Shown piece after piece: positions 60,795 through 64,000 of a stretch of 64,000 nt of DNA; position 1 is the first letter of the stretch, and the number at the start of each line of letters is the position of its first letter. The notes beneath the pieces are model-generated. The model made no database searches and was not told where the DNA came from. It worked only from the letters and a program-made list of their open reading frames with translations. Both the position numbers and the translations under genes were made by a program. Source of the DNA: an uncultured Candidatus Binatia bacterium (lineage in GTDB: Bacteria; Desulfobacterota; Binatia; UBA9968; JAJDTQ01); NCBI GenBank assembly GCA_965215605.1, contig OZ244070.1:3136001-3200000 (forward strand), given 5' to 3'.

Positions 60795-62564
60795 ATGGCA
60801 AAGGCCGGCAGGGCGGAGAAGAAGCAGGCGGAGTACGGCTCGGACGTGGTCGTCGACATGCTGAAGGCGTTCGACATCGAATACACGGCCTTCAACCCGG
60901 GAGCGAGCTTCCGCGGCATCCATGATTCCATCGTGAACTACGGTGGCAACCACCACCCGGAGGTGATCTTCTGCTGCCACGAGGAAATCTCGGTGGCCAT
61001 CTCCCACGGTTACGCCAAGGCCACGGGCAAGCCCATGGTGGCGATCCTGCACGACATCGTGGGCCTGCAGCACGGCAGCATGGGGATCTTCAACGCCTGG
61101 TGCGACCGCGTCCCGGTGATCTGCCTGGGCGGCACCGGCCCGGTGGACACCACCATCCGCCGCCCCTGGATCGACTGGATCCACACCGCGCTGACGCAGG
61201 GCAACCAGGTGCGGGACTACACCAAGTGGGACGACCAGCCGGCCACGCTGGAGAGCATTCCGGAGTCCTTCATCCGTGGCTACCGGCTCGCCGTCACGGA
61301 GCCCACGGCGCCCGTGTACATCAACTACGATGCCGGCCTGCAGGAAATGGCCATGTCCAGGCAGATCGAGATTCCCGACGTGAGCCGGTTCGCGCCCCAG
61401 GCGCCGGTGCAGGGGAATCCGGAGGCCATGCGCCGGGCGGCCGAGTTGCTGGTGGACGCCAAGGCTCCCCTCATCGTCGCGGACTTCATGGGCCGCAAGC
61501 CGGCGGCGGTGGCGGCCCTGGCCGAGTTGGCCGAGTTGCTGGCGATCCCCGTCATCGACAAGGGCAACCGGCACAACATCGCCAACACCCATCCGCTGGA
61601 CGTGACCAACGTCTCCGGCGATTTCCTGAAGAAGGCGGACGTCGTGCTGGGGCTGGACGTCCAGGACCTCTACGGCTCGCTGACCACCGTGGACCGCACC
61701 ACCCGGGAGATGGGCTACGTCATCCAGCCCGGAGCCAAGATCATTCACATCAACCTGAACGACATGCTGGTGCACAGTTGGGCCACGGACGTCCAGCCGC
61801 TGCAGCCGGTGGACGTTCCCATCAGCGCCGACACTGCCATCGCCCTACCGGAGCTCACGCGGCTGTGCCGCGAGTTGATGGGCTCGGACAGGTCCGGCAT
61901 CGAGGCCCGGGCCAGGGAAGTGAAGGCCGTGCACGACGCGGCCCGCGCCCGCTGGCAGGAGGAGGCGCGGCAGACCCTCACCCGCAACGACATCTCCACC
62001 GCCTGCCTCGGCTACGAGATCGGCGAGGCGATCAAGAACGAGGACTGGGTGCTGGCCAACGGCAGCGCCAACGGGTGGGCCAGGAAGCTGTGGGACTGGA
62101 CCAAGCCGGGACAGTACCTGGGGCGCAGCGGCGGCGCCGGCGTGGGCTACGGCATGAGCGCCGCCATCGGCGTGGCCCTGGGGCACATGAACACGGACAA
62201 GTTCTGCGTCGACATCCAGTCGGACGGCGACCTGCTGATGACCTCCAGCGCGTTGTGGACCGCGGCGCACCACAAGATCCCGCTGCTGATCGTCATCCAC
62301 AACAACCAGTCCTTCTACAACTCGGAAGAGCACGGCATCAAGCTCGCCGAGTTCCGCAACCGCCCGGTGGAGAACGCGGGCATCGGCACCCACGTCAGCG
62401 ATCCGCCGGTGGATTACGCCAAAATGGCCGAGTGCTTCGGGGTCTGGGGCGAAGGGCCGATCCGCACGCCGGCGGAGCTGGGCCCGGCGCTGGAACGGGC
62501 CTGCAAGGTGGTGAAGGAGCAAAGGCTGCCGGCCGTGCTGGACGTGGTTTCCGACCCGCGTTGA
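60795..62564 (+). CDS. ThDP-dependent enzyme (acetolactate synthase/benzoylformate decarboxylase-like)
   Basis: NPGAS, HEE (catalytic Glu), GYAKATG, a variant ThDP motif SDGD...NNQ and VDYAKMAE.FG; GGAG RBS. Confidence 0.9.
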   Translation: MAKAGRAEKKQAEYGSDVVVDMLKAFDIEYTAFNPGASFRGIHDSIVNYGGNHHPEVIFCCHEEISVAISHGYAKATGKPMVAILHDIVGLQHGSMGIFNAWCDRVPVICLGGTGPVDTTIRRPWIDWIHTALTQGNQVRDYTKWDDQPATLESIPESFIRGYRLAVTEPTAPVYINYDAGLQEMAMSRQIEIPDVSRFAPQAPVQGNPEAMRRAAELLVDAKAPLIVADFMGRKPAAVAALAELAELLAIPVIDKGNRHNIANTHPLDVTNVSGDFLKKADVVLGLDVQDLYGSLTTVDRTTREMGYVIQPGAKIIHINLNDMLVHSWATDVQPLQPVDVPISADTAIALPELTRLCRELMGSDRSGIEARAREVKAVHDAARARWQEEARQTLTRNDISTACLGYEIGEAIKNEDWVLANGSANGWARKLWDWTKPGQYLGRSGGAGVGYGMSAAIGVALGHMNTDKFCVDIQSDGDLLMTSSALWTAAHHKIPLLIVIHNNQSFYNSEEHGIKLAEFRNRPVENAGIGTHVSDPPVDYAKMAECFGVWGEGPIRTPAELGPALERACKVVKEQRLPAVLDVVSDPR

Positions 62565-62631
62565 GCGGTGCCGCGACCCGGAACGGCGGATCGCCCGCGG
62601 AGGAGGGCCGCGGGCCGACTCTGGAGGTGAA

Positions 62632-63462
62632 ATGGACGGGAGCGCCCAATACCTTGCCTTTGCCGAAGCGGTTTCCGAGCCCGACATGGACCTGGCCCGG
62701 GTGGCCCTGACCATCGCCGCGCCGGAGTATCCCGAGCTGGATGTCGAGGCGTACCTCGCCCGACTCGACCGGATGGCGGAGCGGGTTAGCGATGCCGCCG
62801 GCGCCGAGCAAGGCGCCTATCGGCGGCTCGCGTGCATCGAATACGTGCTGTTCAAACAGGAAGGCTACCGCGGTAACGACGAGGACTATTACGATCCCGA
62901 GAACAGCTTCCTGAACCGGGTCATGGACCGCAAGAGCGGCATCCCCATCACCCTGTCGGTGCTTTACATGGAGGTGGCCCGGCGGGCAGGTCTGGAGGCC
63001 GGAGGCGTGGGCTTCCCGGGTCATTTCCTGGTCAAGACGGCCTGCGAAGGTCAGGAGGTCTTCATCGATCCCTTCAACGGCGGCCGCATCCTGTCGGCGC
63101 CGGACTTTCAGGGGTTGCTGGACAAGCTCTACGGCGGCCGGCTGGCAGTCCAGCCCGAGTACCTTTCCCCGGTGTCCAACAGACAGATCGTTCAGCGAAT
63201 GCTGAACAACATAAAGCTGATCTACGCCAACCGCCAGGATCTGAAGCGATGCCTCCGGGTCGTGGAGCAACTCGTGATCCTGAACCCGCGCGACCCCGAT
63301 CAGGTCCGTGACCGTGGCCTGTTACGGTTGCGGCTGGAGGATGGCGCCGGCGCGCTGACGGATCTGGAGAGGTATCTGGAGCTGGCGCCGGATTCCGACG
63401 GCGCCGCCACGGTGCGGGAACAGATCGAGAAGATCCGGAAGCACTCCCGCGCGCTTCACTGA
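62632..63462 (+). CDS. SirB1/YchA-like transglutaminase-fold protein with C-terminal TPR
   Basis: YYDPENSFLNRV..RK.GIPITLSVLY, FPGHFL, IDPFNGG and RDRGL..DLERYL motifs. Confidence 0.88.
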   Translation: MDGSAQYLAFAEAVSEPDMDLARVALTIAAPEYPELDVEAYLARLDRMAERVSDAAGAEQGAYRRLACIEYVLFKQEGYRGNDEDYYDPENSFLNRVMDRKSGIPITLSVLYMEVARRAGLEAGGVGFPGHFLVKTACEGQEVFIDPFNGGRILSAPDFQGLLDKLYGGRLAVQPEYLSPVSNRQIVQRMLNNIKLIYANRQDLKRCLRVVEQLVILNPRDPDQVRDRGLLRLRLEDGAGALTDLERYLELAPDSDGAATVREQIEKIRKHSRALH

Positions 63463-63464
63463 GA

Positions 63465-63487
63465 GCGGCGGATTGCAAACCCGCCGC
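63465..63487. terminator. Hairpin between convergent genes (terminator or REP-like)
   Basis: GCGGCGG-ATTGCAAAC-CCGCCGC. Confidence 0.4.
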
Positions 63488-63498
63488 CCTTCCTTGTT

Positions 63499-63999
63499 CT
63501 ATTGAAAGGCTCTGATGTAGGCCCGTTGCACCCTCTCGACCCGGCTGGTGTACAGCAGGCCGAGGCGGGCGAACGCTTCCAGGGCGGCGCCGTCCCCCTG
63601 GTCCACGGGGAAATGGACCACCTGGCGAAACCGCTTGATTTCCTTCTGGGACTCTTCGGTCAGGTGGTCCACCGCCTGTTGCAACTCCTCGCGGCCCTTC
63701 AGCACCTTGTTGAGGATGGGCAGCACCAGCACGTCGGCCCTGTCCTGGATGCGTGACAGGGCGGCGCTCGCCACCGGCACCACGTCGATGTCGAGGTCCG
63801 ACAGGAAGTGGCTCAACCGCTGGCCCACGTTGTCTTTCAGGAACGCTTCCGGCACCGCCACGGCGTGGCGCAGCCGCCGCCGCATCCACCGCCAGCGTAT
63901 GGCGCCGGGGTATACTTCGCGTTTGAGCTTCCTCAGGTAGTCCTTGCTCAGCTCGCCCCAGGTCTGCTCCACCGCGGCGCTTTCCACGAAAGGCTCGCC
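63499..63999 (-). CDS. C-terminal part of an unidentified protein (partial, runs off the window)
   Basis: Open frame with typical codon usage to the window edge. VAVPEAFL..FLSDLDIDVV is loosely reminiscent of DUF2229-type domains. Confidence 0.55.
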   Translation of the reverse strand, partial: GEPFVESAAVEQTWGELSKDYLRKLKREVYPGAIRWRWMRRRLRHAVAVPEAFLKDNVGQRLSHFLSDLDIDVVPVASAALSRIQDRADVLVLPILNKVLKGREELQQAVDHLTEESQKEIKRFRQVVHFPVDQGDGAALEAFARLGLLYTSRVERVQRAYIRAFQ

Positions 64000-64000
64000 G

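Overview
A gene-dense, high-GC bacterial chromosomal segment. Its many LLM oxidoreductases, class III CoA-transferases, MFS, TTT/TRAP transporters and UbiD enzymes suggest a Binatia/Deltaproteobacteria-like heterotroph (inference only). Housekeeping genes (ileS-lspA, metH, pepP, a phosphohexomutase) are mixed with small-molecule catabolic genes. It also holds one complete IS3-family element, several REP-like palindromes, a DUF4175-peptidase-MoxR operon, an orphan EutA-like ATPase and a STAS-GPP34 pair. No tRNA, rRNA or CRISPR array was seen. Five signals stand out. (1) A stand-alone UbiD gene resembles, from recall, phthaloyl-CoA decarboxylase, and has its own sigma70 promoter and terminator. 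(2) Its roughly 170-nt leader folds into an unrecognised four-way-junction RNA. (3) A GlnA4-type gamma-glutamylation module runs directly into metH. (4) A tandem MFS duplication still shows its microhomology breakpoint. (5) An LLM gene has an apparent ACG start. All family assignments come from motif reading and recall, not database searches.
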